From contig NC_135770.1 of assembly GCF_052425735.1 (NCBI RefSeq), positions 17,112,001 to 17,176,000 of the forward strand: a stretch of 64,000 nucleotides of DNA. Reading direction: 5' to 3'. Of this stretch, positions 50,335 through 62,148 are shown piece after piece; positions within the stretch are counted from its first letter, which is position 1; each line of letters opens with the position of its first letter. Position numbers and translations under genes: made by a program. The notes beneath the pieces were generated by a model that worked only from the letters and a program-made list of their open reading frames with translations, did no database searches and was not told where the DNA came from. Origin of the DNA: Oculina patagonica. Lineage: Eukaryota.

Positions 50335-51001
50335 AGTGAAGAAATTATTCTACATGACACGAGCGTGGGACAAAGAAAAACAATCTGAGTCCCCGACGGG
50401 AATCGAACCCATGGCCTCCCAGATACCGGTTGGGCGCTCTAACCAACTGAGCTACGTGAGACTCGCTGTGAGCTAGGCCATTTACTTGGTTGATAAGTGG
50501 CACGCGTCCTGCATACTGCTAGGATCAGCAATGTCGAAATCATCAAATTTGTAGTAAATAATAAAGATGGTAGATTTTAAGCTCGGTGATAAATAGTGAA
50601 GAAATTATTCTACATGACACGAGCGTGGGACAAAGAAAAATCTCAGATTTTTTTTTCTTTCTTTGTCCCACGCTCGTGTCATGTAGAATAATTTCTTCAC
50701 TATTTATCACCAAGCTTAAAACCTACCATCTTTATTATTTACTACAAATTTGATGATTTCGACATTGTTGATCCTAGCAGTATGGAGGACGCGTGCCACT
50801 TATCAACCAAGTAAATGGCCTAGCTCACAGCGAGTCTCACGTAGCTCAGTTGGTTAGAGCGCCCAACCGGTATCTGGGAGGCCATGGGTTCGATTCCCGT
50901 CGGGGACTCAGATTTTTTTCTTTGTCCCACGCTCGTGTCATGTAGAATAATTTCTTCACTATTTATCACCGAGCTTAAAATCTACCATCTTTATTATTTA
51001 C
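50335..51001. mobile_element. Palindromic insertion of a 259-bp tRNA-cored monomer, 12-bp TSD
   Basis: Left arm 50335-50643 is the reverse complement of right arm 50644-50960; GGCAAAGAAGAT at 50323-50334 and 51002-51013. Confidence 0.85.
50832..50910 (+). other. tRNA-Thr(GGT)-like cloverleaf within repeat (pseudo-tRNA); mirror copy at 50386-50464 on minus
   Basis: GAGTCTCACG TA GCTCAGTTGGTTAGAGC G CCCAA CCGGTAT CTGGG AGGCC ATGGG TTCGATT CCCGT CGGGGACTCA then T7. Confidence 0.7.
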
Positions 51002-52885
51002 GGCAAAGAAGATGATAAAACATCACTATAGTATTTCATCATGTCACTAATCTCTTTGAAAGTAAGAATATAACAATCAAATACAACAGAGACAAACACC
51101 TTCTGTGACATCAATGGAAACCTAATCGCTTTTACGATCTCTTCTCCCAGGATTCGTCTCTTCGTTTTGCCACCAGGAGTTATTCCTTGCCTTTCAATTT
51201 CTTTTGTGGCCCAGCGATCAACAGCTTTAAACAGTTCCACTTCTTTCACGTTCAACCTTTCTCTCTTCACAACAGACTCGACCAGGGAACGCTCAAGTGT
51301 AACAAATTCATCTGACGTCACACCTTCTTCTGTTTGCTTGTCAATCACTTTCCAGCATCAACCTTCCAAATTTTTTTCTTCGTCAAATTTCTGAGCGTGC
51401 GGCAAAATGCAAAACACGTTTGATGCTTTTAAATTGTCTCGTAGGTATTTGGTACATTTCCCAGAGAGTGAAGGCACCCTATATTTGTTCGCTAAGTAAA
51501 ACACTTGCATCACATTACTTCCGCTTAAATTTACTTTGTCGCTGTACAAGAAACGAAACAACTCCAGCAGACTCTCATACTCACAGTCAGGCAGTTCAAT
51601 AGAGTCTGTAGTCTCCGCCATTTGACCATAGAACATGGCAAAGAACACAGGACTGCTGATCGCTAGCACAAACTGTCGCTTTCTTAAATGCAGATCCACA
51701 GTCGTTGCTAAGGGATTACTGAAGACCGCCGTGTGTTGTGGCAAGCAATTTTGGAGCGTTTCGTAACGCGGCTAAATATTGAATTTTATTAGGGGAAGCA
51801 CCTGGTATGAAAACTTTATTCATTTATATATATTCATTGTACGAGTGTAATTAGTGCCAGTCCCAAACAGTGCGTTAAAATTAAAAATCCCAACCGTCGG
51901 ACGTAAAGATTAAGAGTTCCGATCTTTTTTTTACGAAACAGAAATAACAGGGCTTCTTTATAATCTGCCTTATATAGCAATAGCTGTTTTAAACACATAA
52001 AAAAGAAACGTTACTGAAGAAACTCTGTAAATACTAGTGTTTACTACATTACAACTTTTTTTAATAATGCGAAGTGCATGACCACTATAAACAACATTTA
52101 CTATACATTTTTTATACGTCAAATTAAGCATGTGGACGTTCTTTATCTAAGGCACTGATTTTAATTTCCAAATCTACGTGCTGTTAGAGTTTTTAGCGTT
52201 TTCATTTTTCTTTCCGGTCTGATCACGTGTCTTGTCAATATGGCCGTGATTTGAAAATCTTAAAATGACTCTTTATGGAATAAACATGTGCTAAAAACTT
52301 ATCTGTGAGAGGTCTGGTTAATAACCCATCTTTGCATTGCAACAATTGACTCCACCTTAACTATTTGTTAGAAAATTTTGGCGTATTCACCGTTAGCGTT
52401 ATAACGTAAACTACTCAGTACTGTACTATTAATAGAACTCTCATAAGAAGTTCTCTATTCGGTTTCTATCATCAAACACGAACAAGTACGACAGACGGCT
52501 AGAAGAACGACTTTAAGAAGCTTAACTAAAAAACAAGAACTAAAAAATTATTCTCCTCAACAACGCTTTCGAAGCCGCTTGAAAAGTATCGAAAAGTAAA
52601 ACTCGTTGTGCTAGATATTGTATTGCGGATGTTATAACACATCCTTTATTTTATCATTTATCATTTATTTCACTGTGAACTCAAAAACGATGGCTTTTTA
52701 AACAAACAGTTTTTGTGTCGTGTTTTTGTAAGCCTTGTCCTTATCATCCAAGTGAAACTGACGAAACTAACAATTATAATCCGATGACAATTTGATTCTG
52801 TCAATTATAATCCGATGATTAATCTTTCTGAGCTTCCATGAGTTGTAGTTACTTTGTAGAGGAATACTCTACAAAAAATAACTTT

Positions 52886-53818
52886 TTAACAGCAAAGTGC
52901 GTCTCTGATCGTCTGCTTTACTGCGTGTTTGACTTCGCTGATCTTCCAGCAATAAAGAAGCGGGTTTAACGATGAGTTTAAGTACACCAGAGTCACTGCA
53001 AACTCCAATGCAATAAGACCAAAAAGATTGGATGAAGATAGTATACGTCTTGTGACAAGAGCTGCCATAATACCGTATGGTAGATAACAAACAACTAATG
53101 TCAACTGCAACCATAGTGCAGTGAACACTGCCTTTCTGTATCGCGCTATGTTCAGTGGAATGGCTTGACTCTGTTGTTCCCGTTGAACTTGAGTTTGATG
53201 ATGACGGAGTGTTAGGAAAATCTTTGTGTAGCAAATAATTGAGGTTAACAGACATAATAATATCGTCATATTGGCATACCAATATGCAATAAGGTGATTA
53301 ATACGGTACAATGAAGCAGCGACAGTGGACACAAGCCAAAAGCTAACTACGACCACGTAGGTTCTCTTCAAAGTTACAACTTGTCTATATCTCATCCCCA
53401 GCACTAGGGCAAGAAGTCTGTCCACGCTTATAGCAGTAAGCGTCATCAAAGAAACTGAAGACAAGATGTAGCCCGCGATGAAGCAAGTGGCAAATGAATA
53501 TCGACAAAGATCCCAGTCCTCGTTGACCATAGATATCCAACGGATAACACCGAGAGGCTCAGAAATAAGACCAACGCAGAGATCAGTTATTGTCAGACAA
53601 CGAAGCATAAGTTTGGACGGCGGATGAAGGGAAGACTCCTTGCGAAGGGCAACTAGGATCAGAGTATTCCCAAGAAATGCAGTAAGTGACAGGAAAATGT
53701 TGATTGCTGCTAGATATATCAAGTGTACGTTCATTTCCTTTGACAAGCTGGCCGAACATCGCAGTTCCTCGAAAGTTTCAGTCTCTTTGTCTTCTCCAGT
53801 AAAGTTTGTTATCGCCAT
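52886..53818 (-). CDS. Intronless rhodopsin-class GPCR, family B (310 aa)
   Basis: Near-identical paralog of 42414-43355; SVDRL, CYLP, LNPLLY. Confidence 0.93.
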   Translation of the reverse strand: MAITNFTGEDKETETFEELRCSASLSKEMNVHLIYLAAINIFLSLTAFLGNTLILVALRKESSLHPPSKLMLRCLTITDLCVGLISEPLGVIRWISMVNEDWDLCRYSFATCFIAGYILSSVSLMTLTAISVDRLLALVLGMRYRQVVTLKRTYVVVVSFWLVSTVAASLYRINHLIAYWYANMTILLCLLTSIICYTKIFLTLRHHQTQVQREQQSQAIPLNIARYRKAVFTALWLQLTLVVCYLPYGIMAALVTRRILSSSNLFGLIALEFAVTLVYLNSSLNPLLYCWKISEVKHAVKQTIRDALCC

Positions 53819-55783
53819 TGTTCTACAATTAGGTGATCTGTAGTTTCACCGTTAAAACTTGCACTCAAGTGAGAAATGTTTTCTAAATAAACTTTATATT
53901 AACTGGAAAACGGAGTTCGATTTTCGTTTTCTGTGCGTCGTCACTTTCGAAAACAAAAGCAAGAGTTTCGACTTCCGCCGTTGCTATCGCTTGGATTTAA
54001 AATAGGCATTAGCTAACATTGCATTTACAGTAGAATCCAGATTTCTCGATCCCTCGGTTTCTCGAAACTTCCGATTCCTCGAAACAATTTTCGTTTCCCT
54101 CTAGAGGTTCGAGAGATCTAGATTCTACCTTATAGCGAAATTATAATTCATAACTTGGTTCTTAAATACCATTTTGGTGCAGATACGTCACCATTTTTAC
54201 AAGCCAGTTTTCCGAGAAACGGCATGATTTTGAACTTTGTTTGCCCTCTTCCAGGTAGAGAACAAATGGCTAGTTTGAAAAAAAAATGCTGTGTAACCCT
54301 TTTTGTTTCAGTACTATACGTTTTGGAAGTAACTTCAACTGTCACAAAGTTTATTTTTTTATAGTAACATGGTCAGTTTGCTTGACAAAAAAAATCATTG
54401 CGGCTATCCTAACTATGGTTTGTTCTGGGATGCCAGATATCAAGTGAAAGATCTCGATAATCAGCCACAGTCATCAAATTCGGGTGACAACGCTTACACG
54501 AAATTGGTTATTCTGGATATCATAAAAAACCCTCAAAGGTCCTCAGACTGCAATCATTATCTACAGGTTATTCCATGCGGTTAGCAATCTTTACATCAGA
54601 AACAAACTCCAATGTTAAAGCTGCCTGTTAACTTGTATGGTCAACCAAATTGTATGGCCTGCCTTATTGCAAAATAAACACTGTGTCTAAGGGTGTTCAC
54701 ACGTGAAAACTCGAGTCGGTGGGAGTTCCATACCGGTGCGGGAGTGCGTAATTCAGTCATGCTGCGTTTACCGGCATGAAGAGACAATTTGCACTGATAA
54801 AATACGCATGTCCATCACAAATAAGGAATTCATCTTGGATTTGATGGCGCAAACTACGCATGCGTACATATTCCAGTCTGCCAAGACACTTATCTCATAT
54901 CGTTAATTGTTTACATGTTACTGGATCGAGTTTTCGTTCAAGAACTCGCACCGGTATGACTCATTGTGGTGTGAACCAGTAAACCAAAAAGTAGCGTTCC
55001 GCATGTTCCGTTTACTTGAACTTAACTAGTATTAAATTTGACCGAGACAAATTTCAGCGAGTACTTCATTGAGCGATTTTCGCCCAGCTATTAAATTAGT
55101 AGCCGTTAGCAAATAGTAACCTTAAAGTAATCTGCGAGCTTTCGACTAAGGTAGCTAGTTGTCACTGGCATTGAAAGCATAACAAAGAATTGAAAGCATG
55201 TAAACTATATATAGTTTTTATGAGCACTTTATTTGGTTTCCATATTTGATGAACTTTTGATTGACAGGTTAAACCCTTTGGAGTTGTGACGTCATACATT
55301 TGCATTTTTGGTAACATTAAATATTAAATTGTTTGCAAGGTGGGCTACTTTGGAGTTGTCAAATTTATATTTCGAAAAACATCTGGTCTCTTCCGCATTT
55401 TAGTTATTGCGAAAAAGCGATTTCTTCTTATATGCAAGAACACCTGATCAATTTGAAAACCTTTGTTACAATTTTTAAAGCGCGCATGCAAACTCATCGT
55501 TCGCCGGCACACAATTTAGAAAAAAAACACGTTTAAGGCCAAAGGCATGCAGCATGTTTTAAATCTAGATTTATTACTTCCTTACTACTCAGTAATTTTA
55601 ATTTGCAAACGTATTTTAAAAGTACTTTTGACAGCATCTTTTAAAAAAGTACTTGACATTTTCCATCACCAAGTCAAAAATCTTCAAAATTAAAGCCAAC
55701 ACATTATCGACATTAACATACAAACTAACAACGTTTTAGATTTATTTTTAAGGAATACAACATGAGTGTTAAACAATGATGAA

Positions 55784-56728
55784 CTAACTCGATAAACAGC
55801 AAAGTGCGTCTCTGATTGTCTGCTTTACTGCTTGTTTTACTTCGCTGATCTTCCAGCAGTAAAGAAACGGGTTTATCGTTGAATTGAAGTAAACAAAAGT
55901 CGTTGTTATTTCCCAAGCGAGGAACATCGATGATGTTAGAGGGCTGTAACTAAGCACAGCTGTCACTATACCGTATGGTAAATAACAAACAACTAATGCC
56001 ATTTGCACCCATATCGTACTTAACACTGCCTTTCTGTGTCGCATTATGTTTAGTGGAATTGCTTGGCTCGGTTGATCTTTTTTAACATGGACTTTTACTT
56101 GAGTTTGATGACGACAGAGTGTGCAAAATATCTTTGTGTAGGACGCGACTGAGGTCACTGAACATATCAGTATAACTACATAGCCAAACCAGAATGTTAT
56201 AAGGTAATTTATGAGGTACAGTGTAGCACCAGCAATGGACACAACCCAAAAGACACCTAAAATCGCATATGTTCGCTTCAAAGTTACAACTTGTCTGTAT
56301 CTCAGCCCCAACGACAGAGCGAGAAGTCTGTCCACGCTTATTGCAGCTATTGTAAATAAAGACGCTAAACCCAAAGCAAAGCTCACTGCGAGGCAAGTGT
56401 CTATTGCCAAACGACAAAGGCTCCAATCTTCGCGGAGCAAAAATATCCAATAGGCAACAGCGAGAGGCTCTGAAATAAGACCAACGCAGAGATCAGTTGT
56501 TGCTAGACAACGAAGCAAATGTCTGGACGGCGGATGAAGGGAAGACTCCTTTCGAAGGGCAACTAGGATTAAAGCATTTCCAAGAAATGCAGTCATAGAA
56601 AGGAAAATGTTCAACATCAAAATAAACGTCAAATGTTTGTGTATTCCGTCTGTTAACCCAGCCGAGCATAGCAGTTTTTGGAACATTTCAGTGTGTTTTT
56701 CAGGTTCAGTCAAGTTTGGTATTGCCAT
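55784..56728 (-). CDS. Intronless rhodopsin-class GPCR, family B (314 aa)
   Basis: GN, LATTD, SVDRL, CYLP, INPFLY. Confidence 0.93.
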   Translation of the reverse strand: MAIPNLTEPEKHTEMFQKLLCSAGLTDGIHKHLTFILMLNIFLSMTAFLGNALILVALRKESSLHPPSRHLLRCLATTDLCVGLISEPLAVAYWIFLLREDWSLCRLAIDTCLAVSFALGLASLFTIAAISVDRLLALSLGLRYRQVVTLKRTYAILGVFWVVSIAGATLYLINYLITFWFGYVVILICSVTSVASYTKIFCTLCRHQTQVKVHVKKDQPSQAIPLNIMRHRKAVLSTIWVQMALVVCYLPYGIVTAVLSYSPLTSSMFLAWEITTTFVYFNSTINPFLYCWKISEVKQAVKQTIRDALCCLSS

Positions 56729-58606
56729 TTTTCCTTCAGTGCAGGCGTTTAAAGTTTAAACGTTAGATAACTTATCAAAATCTATGCGCTTCTGTTTTGT
56801 TCTACACTAATTTACATGGCGTATTCACTTCTTTTATATCTTCAAACATGTCAACTGCCAAATGATTTAAAGTACGAGAGTTGACACCTTTTATGAACTC
56901 TGAGCTCTTATCATGTGCTCCATCAAATTTAATTTCAGTCTAAAAGATAAGAAAAGAAAAAAACTACTTTACCTTGTCAAAGTATAAGAGTAAATCAACC
57001 GTCTTGAGAGTTAATGGGCCTCGAGGCAGGATATGAAGAAAATTAAATACAAAAGTAATGAAAGTAGTATTGAGTGTTTCAGCTGGTTTCAGCTTTCAGA
57101 TGCTTGGAGTTCAGTGTTTGCAATTTTTTATGGGGGAGACCTTATCTTCACATCTGAAAAATGGTGTTCATACGACAGGGGATTGATATTTTTTGGTCTA
57201 CACTTTAAAGCTGATTTCCAGTCCGTACTGCGCAGACTCGGGGTTTGTTTTCGTTTTTGTTTTGAATTCGTTGAAACGTTACACTTCGGTGACAGCATAC
57301 ATGACGTTTTTTAGTCCGCCATTACGGTTCGTTTCGTTCAAGAGTTTCCGATGAGCTGAAACGTCGGTTTGAAATAGCGTCAAGGTTCTTCTACTCGTTA
57401 TTATTTGTTCTGCAAGGATATCTGGCGTTAATAATGAAGAAAAAGGTAAGTTTGTCGCGGAATTTTTAGTTTTGCTTGTAAACATTCCCTTCGAGTGGGC
57501 TCACATAAACATTGCAGCCGAGATTGCGCAGTACGGACTGGAATTCATCTTTAACACAGAGGGCCCACGCATCAAAATTTAGAACGGATAAATCTCTTTC
57601 CTTAATATGTGAGTTTTATGTTCATTGTCTTGCTTCCCTTAGCATGTAAGCATTTCGGAAGATTAAAGGTCATCACAATTACTTACGCTCACAGGCTTGC
57701 TGAGTACCCGTGGTGCTGCCAATAGTAATTTACAACCGAAGCTTTATCGTGCTTTAAGAAAATGAAACGGGAAGTGAAAGACCTCACGGTTATAAATAAA
57801 CAAGTGGCAGATCGGGAAAGAAAGACGGTGCTGACAATATTGACGTTATTTTACGTCCCCCGCGGGGGGGGGGGGGGGGACTGACAATTTCGGATAGGTG
57901 AGTGTAGCAAAGGGTCTTTAAAAACCCTGACCCTATTAAAGGATGAAGCAGAGCCGAGGTTCACCTCGGCTTTATTAGAACCAGAATTTACTTCAATTCA
58001 GGGGATGCTTTTCCGGGGGTTGGTTTTATTCAGTAACATTAGAAGCTTCCTAATTAAGAATTAATCATTTTTCCAACAAGAAGGATTTTGGATGATAAAA
58101 CAACGATGTTAGTTCTTGATCTATGGAAATAAGGCATGACTTTGAATGCAAGCAGTGAAAGATTTTGCTTCGCTTCACTTCCCTTCGGCTTTAAGCTGTT
58201 TCTAGACGTCTGCCGTTGTTGCTTAGTCCTTGAATTTGTTAGTTTCTTGCCAATGTTGATCTCTGTTTTACGGTTGCCGTCCAGATAGCGATCAAAACGC
58301 TTCCGGTGAGAACTAAAGGGGATCAGGTCAGCCGAAAACACACTGCGCATTTTCTATGTTGTGATTTAACAACAAAATCAGCTAAAGGAATTTACATAGT
58401 ATTTATTTTTAATTGCTTTTCCTTTAAATGTAGACTCTTATTACTCCTTAACCCGGGGGATTTGACCCCTAGCGCGGATGAACACCTTTCACTAAGTACC
58501 CTTGGGGGATTATCACCCCCCTCTTGAGAATTAGCACCTCGTACTGAGTACCCTGGTGGATTATCACCCCCGGGGTAATCCTAGGAAAAGTGACATAGAA
58601 CTCTTA

Positions 58607-58773
58607 ATAGGCCAATTCCGATATATTAATATTCTTACTTGGCTCCGAGGCTTGGGGGAATAAAACAAAAGAAATGATTTATTCATCCCTGAACCTCAAC
58701 GTGATTTCTTTTGTTTTATTCCCCCAAGCCTCGGATCCAAGTTAGAATTTTAAAATATCGGAAATGGCCTATT
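58607..58773. mobile_element. Palindromic MITE (~165 bp)
   Basis: AATAGGCCAATTCCGATAT..CCGAGGCTTGGGGGAATAAAACAAAAGAAAT / ATTTCTTTTGTTTTATTCCCCCAAGCCTCGG..ATATCGGAAATGGCCTATT. Confidence 0.8.
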
Positions 58774-59571
58774 GGTGTGCTTCATCCCTTACCTCTTTCC
58801 CCACAAATGTTCTGGTTGTGTTGTTTGTTTATATATAATTAATAATAAGGGTTATGGGTTAGGAACATTTAAGTGTCGTTTTGAGAGGTGTTTGGCCTGC
58901 AGAGCTGAACTGAATCAGTCTCAGCACTTGTCGCTAAATTAAATCATTAGCTGAATCACTTATTGCGGGTGACCATCTCATATTAAATAACTGAACAAAT
59001 GGAAATAGGTACTACGATTGTCGAAACAGAGGGTGGCAGCATTTAGGCTTCTTGACAGTTTTTGCAGACTATTCGTAAAAGCGCAAGTTTTAAGTAGCGT
59101 TTTTGCGACATGTTGATAACAAACTTAATTATGGCATCACGTGAACTGTCAAGTTTTTGCGAGCCGTAATGTAGAAAACGGCCCGTAAAATTGACCATCA
59201 CAGCCTCGTTCTATCTGAAAGATATAGTAATGGTGGATTATACTTTCTATAATATCCTGAAAACTTAAGCTGTTTATTAAAGAGACCTTAGTTTGTTAGC
59301 GCATACGAAAGAAAATAACAAACTATTTTCCTGAGTATCATTTTCTAGCTGACTTATGAGCCGAAAATGTTTCGGGAAGCTGTTGTAGCATACCATATTT
59401 TATAAAGATTATTCATAACAATGTGAAAATATAAAAATGATGGCTTTCAAAATCAAGTGCTTTGACTCCTATAATTTGGCTATTTAATCGCGGCAACAAT
59501 TCCAATCTAATTTACATGAAACTCTACCTTGACTTTCCAACCATTCAGCTTTACTTATGAAGAACGATGAA

Positions 59572-60521
59572 TTAATTCGATAAACAACAAAGTGCGTCTC
59601 TGAGTGTCTGCTTTACTGCTTGTTTTACTTCGCTGATCTTCCAGCAGTAAAGAAGCGGGTTTAACGACGAGTTTAAGTAGACTAGAGTTGACGTAACGTT
59701 CAAAGCAAGGACACTCGATGGAGACAGGTTACTATAACTGAAAGCTCCAGCTATACCATATGGTAAATAACACGCAACTAATGTCAACTGCACCCACAGT
59801 GCACTGGACACTGCCTTCCTGTATCGCGCTATGTTGAGTGAAATTGCTTGGCACGGTTGTTGTTGTTGTTGTTGAACGTGACCTTGTACTTGAGTCTGAT
59901 GTAGCCGTAGGGTAAGAAAAATCTTTGAGTAGGAGACGATTGAGGCTACAACACAAAAAAGAATGACTATACGACCATACCAGATGGTTATTTGGTGATT
60001 TGCAAGATACGCTACTGCAGCGACAAAGGAAATGACCCAAAAGGTAGCTACAAGTGCACATATGTTCGCTTCAAAGTTACAACTTGCCTGTATCTCAGCC
60101 CTAACAACAGGGCGAGAAGTCTGTCCACGCTTATTGCAGCCGTTGTAAGCAAAGTCACGGGACATAGAATAAAACTAACTAGGTACGTCGTGAGCAGTGT
60201 GTAGCGACAAAGATTCCATTTTTCGTGAACCATAGACATCAGATGGATCACAAAGACCGGCTCTGCAATTAGACCAACGCAGAGATCCGTTGTTGTCAGA
60301 CAACGAAACAAGAGTTTGGAAGGCGGATGAAGGGCAGACTCCTTTCGAAGCGCAACCAGGATCAGAGCATTGCCAAGAAATGCAGTCATGGATAGAAAAA
60401 TGTTGAATACGGAGATATGCACCAACTGTTGGTATATTCCGTCTGTCAAAGCAGCCGAGCATAGCTGTTGTTCAAGTGTTTCAGTCTGTTTATCGCTTCC
60501 AGTAAAGTTTACAATCGCCAT
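59572..60521 (-). pseudogene. Rhodopsin-class GPCR, family B, single frameshift
   Basis: MAIVNFTG..SVDRL..KRTY (60048-60521) switches frame at ~60055 (TATGTGCA) to ALVATFW..LNPLLY..DALCCLSN*. Confidence 0.8.
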
Positions 60522-61648
60522 TGTTCTGCACAAAAGGTATCTACAGAATCCAGCCAGGAACACTCGATTAATCGGATTGATGTTTCATGCTCTGAATTTC
60601 ATTCAGGACGGTTCCTTGACAGTGAATAATATTCCCGCCTTCAAGGCTGCTTTTTATGCCAGACATGTCATGTTTTTGCATAATAACGCCTACAAACAGT
60701 TAATTATCAAACAGGTGATTATGATAACACTGAAGTGACGTTGCTTTTACATGATGTTAATTCCTTTTTGCCATCATTTTGGTTGAGAACGGGCATCACC
60801 AATCTCGGCCATAAATAAAGTGGTCTGCCACAACCGCCACAATCCCCACAGCTTCAGAGCCTGAATCCTTAATAAACTGGGGACCCTCTTGTAGATGATA
60901 TTAGAGGCGCAATTAACATGATAAAGAAGAAATGATTTTAATGCTATCAATTCTAATTAACAATGACGTAAATTAAGGTGATTAAAATTAACGCGAAGTT
61001 TTAAAATACGTAAAATACGATTTAAAATACGTAAATTAAGGTGATTAAAATTAACGCGAAGTTTTTAAATACGTGTTAATTACTTGCATCGTAAAGTTCC
61101 TATAATACGGTAATAGATCTCGGTTAATTTTAATTATTTTTGTGAAAAGAAGGTTTTGGAATATATAGTCGTTCAAAATCAACCACTTGTTTAAAACTCC
61201 CTGGGTTAATTATTAAACAGGCGACAAATGAAGTTGCTTTACAGGATGTGTAATTTATTTTTCTCGCTAATTGATGGAGAACGGGTGTCACTACTCTAGG
61301 ACATAAATAATACGTTTTGCCACAACTGCCAAAAACCAGAATCAGAACCAGAATCTATTTTAGTCAAACTTGGGACACTCCTGCAGGAGTTGATTGCATT
61401 TAGTAATATTAGAGGCCTTCTCATAATGAGGCGTGATTGACATGATAAAATTAGCGCGATCGAAGGCCTGAAGCGGTTCACGGCAAAATGGTTGTGTACA
61501 CAAAGGAAGAGATCATTTTTTCCAACTTGAAAATGGGACGTTTGGCTTTACCACATGAACTTCTGCTCATTCCCCATTTACAGATCCTGAGTTCTACTGA
61601 ATTCGTGTGTTAACTACGTTTCGAAATTAACGTGAAACGTTGGGAATA

Positions 61649-62148
61649 NNNNNNNNNNNNNNNNNNNNNNNNNNNNNNNNNNNNNNNNNNNNNNNNNNNN
61701 NNNNNNNNNNNNNNNNNNNNNNNNNNNNNNNNNNNNNNNNNNNNNNNNNNNNNNNNNNNNNNNNNNNNNNNNNNNNNNNNNNNNNNNNNNNNNNNNNNNN
61801 NNNNNNNNNNNNNNNNNNNNNNNNNNNNNNNNNNNNNNNNNNNNNNNNNNNNNNNNNNNNNNNNNNNNNNNNNNNNNNNNNNNNNNNNNNNNNNNNNNNN
61901 NNNNNNNNNNNNNNNNNNNNNNNNNNNNNNNNNNNNNNNNNNNNNNNNNNNNNNNNNNNNNNNNNNNNNNNNNNNNNNNNNNNNNNNNNNNNNNNNNNNN
62001 NNNNNNNNNNNNNNNNNNNNNNNNNNNNNNNNNNNNNNNNNNNNNNNNNNNNNNNNNNNNNNNNNNNNNNNNNNNNNNNNNNNNNNNNNNNNNNNNNNNN
62101 NNNNNNNNNNNNNNNNNNNNNNNNNNNNNNNNNNNNNNNNNNNNNNNN
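61649..62148. other. Assembly gap (500 N)
   Basis: Run of N. Confidence 1.

Larger units (their letters stand above)
49821..51676 (-). pseudogene. BTB-BACK-PHR (BTBD1/2/3/6-like) pseudogene
   Basis: FVLAISSPVFFAMFYG..IELPDCE (BTB), EVELFKAVDRWA..IRFPLM (BACK), NGTSDSRGQFPAFVF (PHR); 5' truncated, in-frame TGA at 51358-51360, insertion at 50335-51001. Confidence 0.88.

Noticed and set aside
50386-50910. Two functional tRNA-Thr genes
   Set aside because: They lie inside a TSD-flanked palindromic insertion, with a bulged acceptor stem, C33 and a non-eukaryotic GGT anticodon; treated as pseudo-tRNA
42325-56453. Alternative-frame and antisense ORFs overlapping GPCR genes (e.g. 42325-42819, 52869-53282, 56082-56450)
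   Set aside because: Shadow ORFs repeated only because the GPCR paralogs are similar; no independent coding signal
36229-60521. Assigning vertebrate gene symbols (adenosine, melanocortin, adrenergic receptors) to the GPCRs
   Set aside because: Only generic class A motifs are visible; these look like lineage-specific expansions without demonstrable orthology
60966-61074. ~46-bp local tandem duplication (ACGTAAATTAAGGTGATTAAAATTAACGCGAAG)
   Set aside because: Simple two-copy slippage duplication with no further structure
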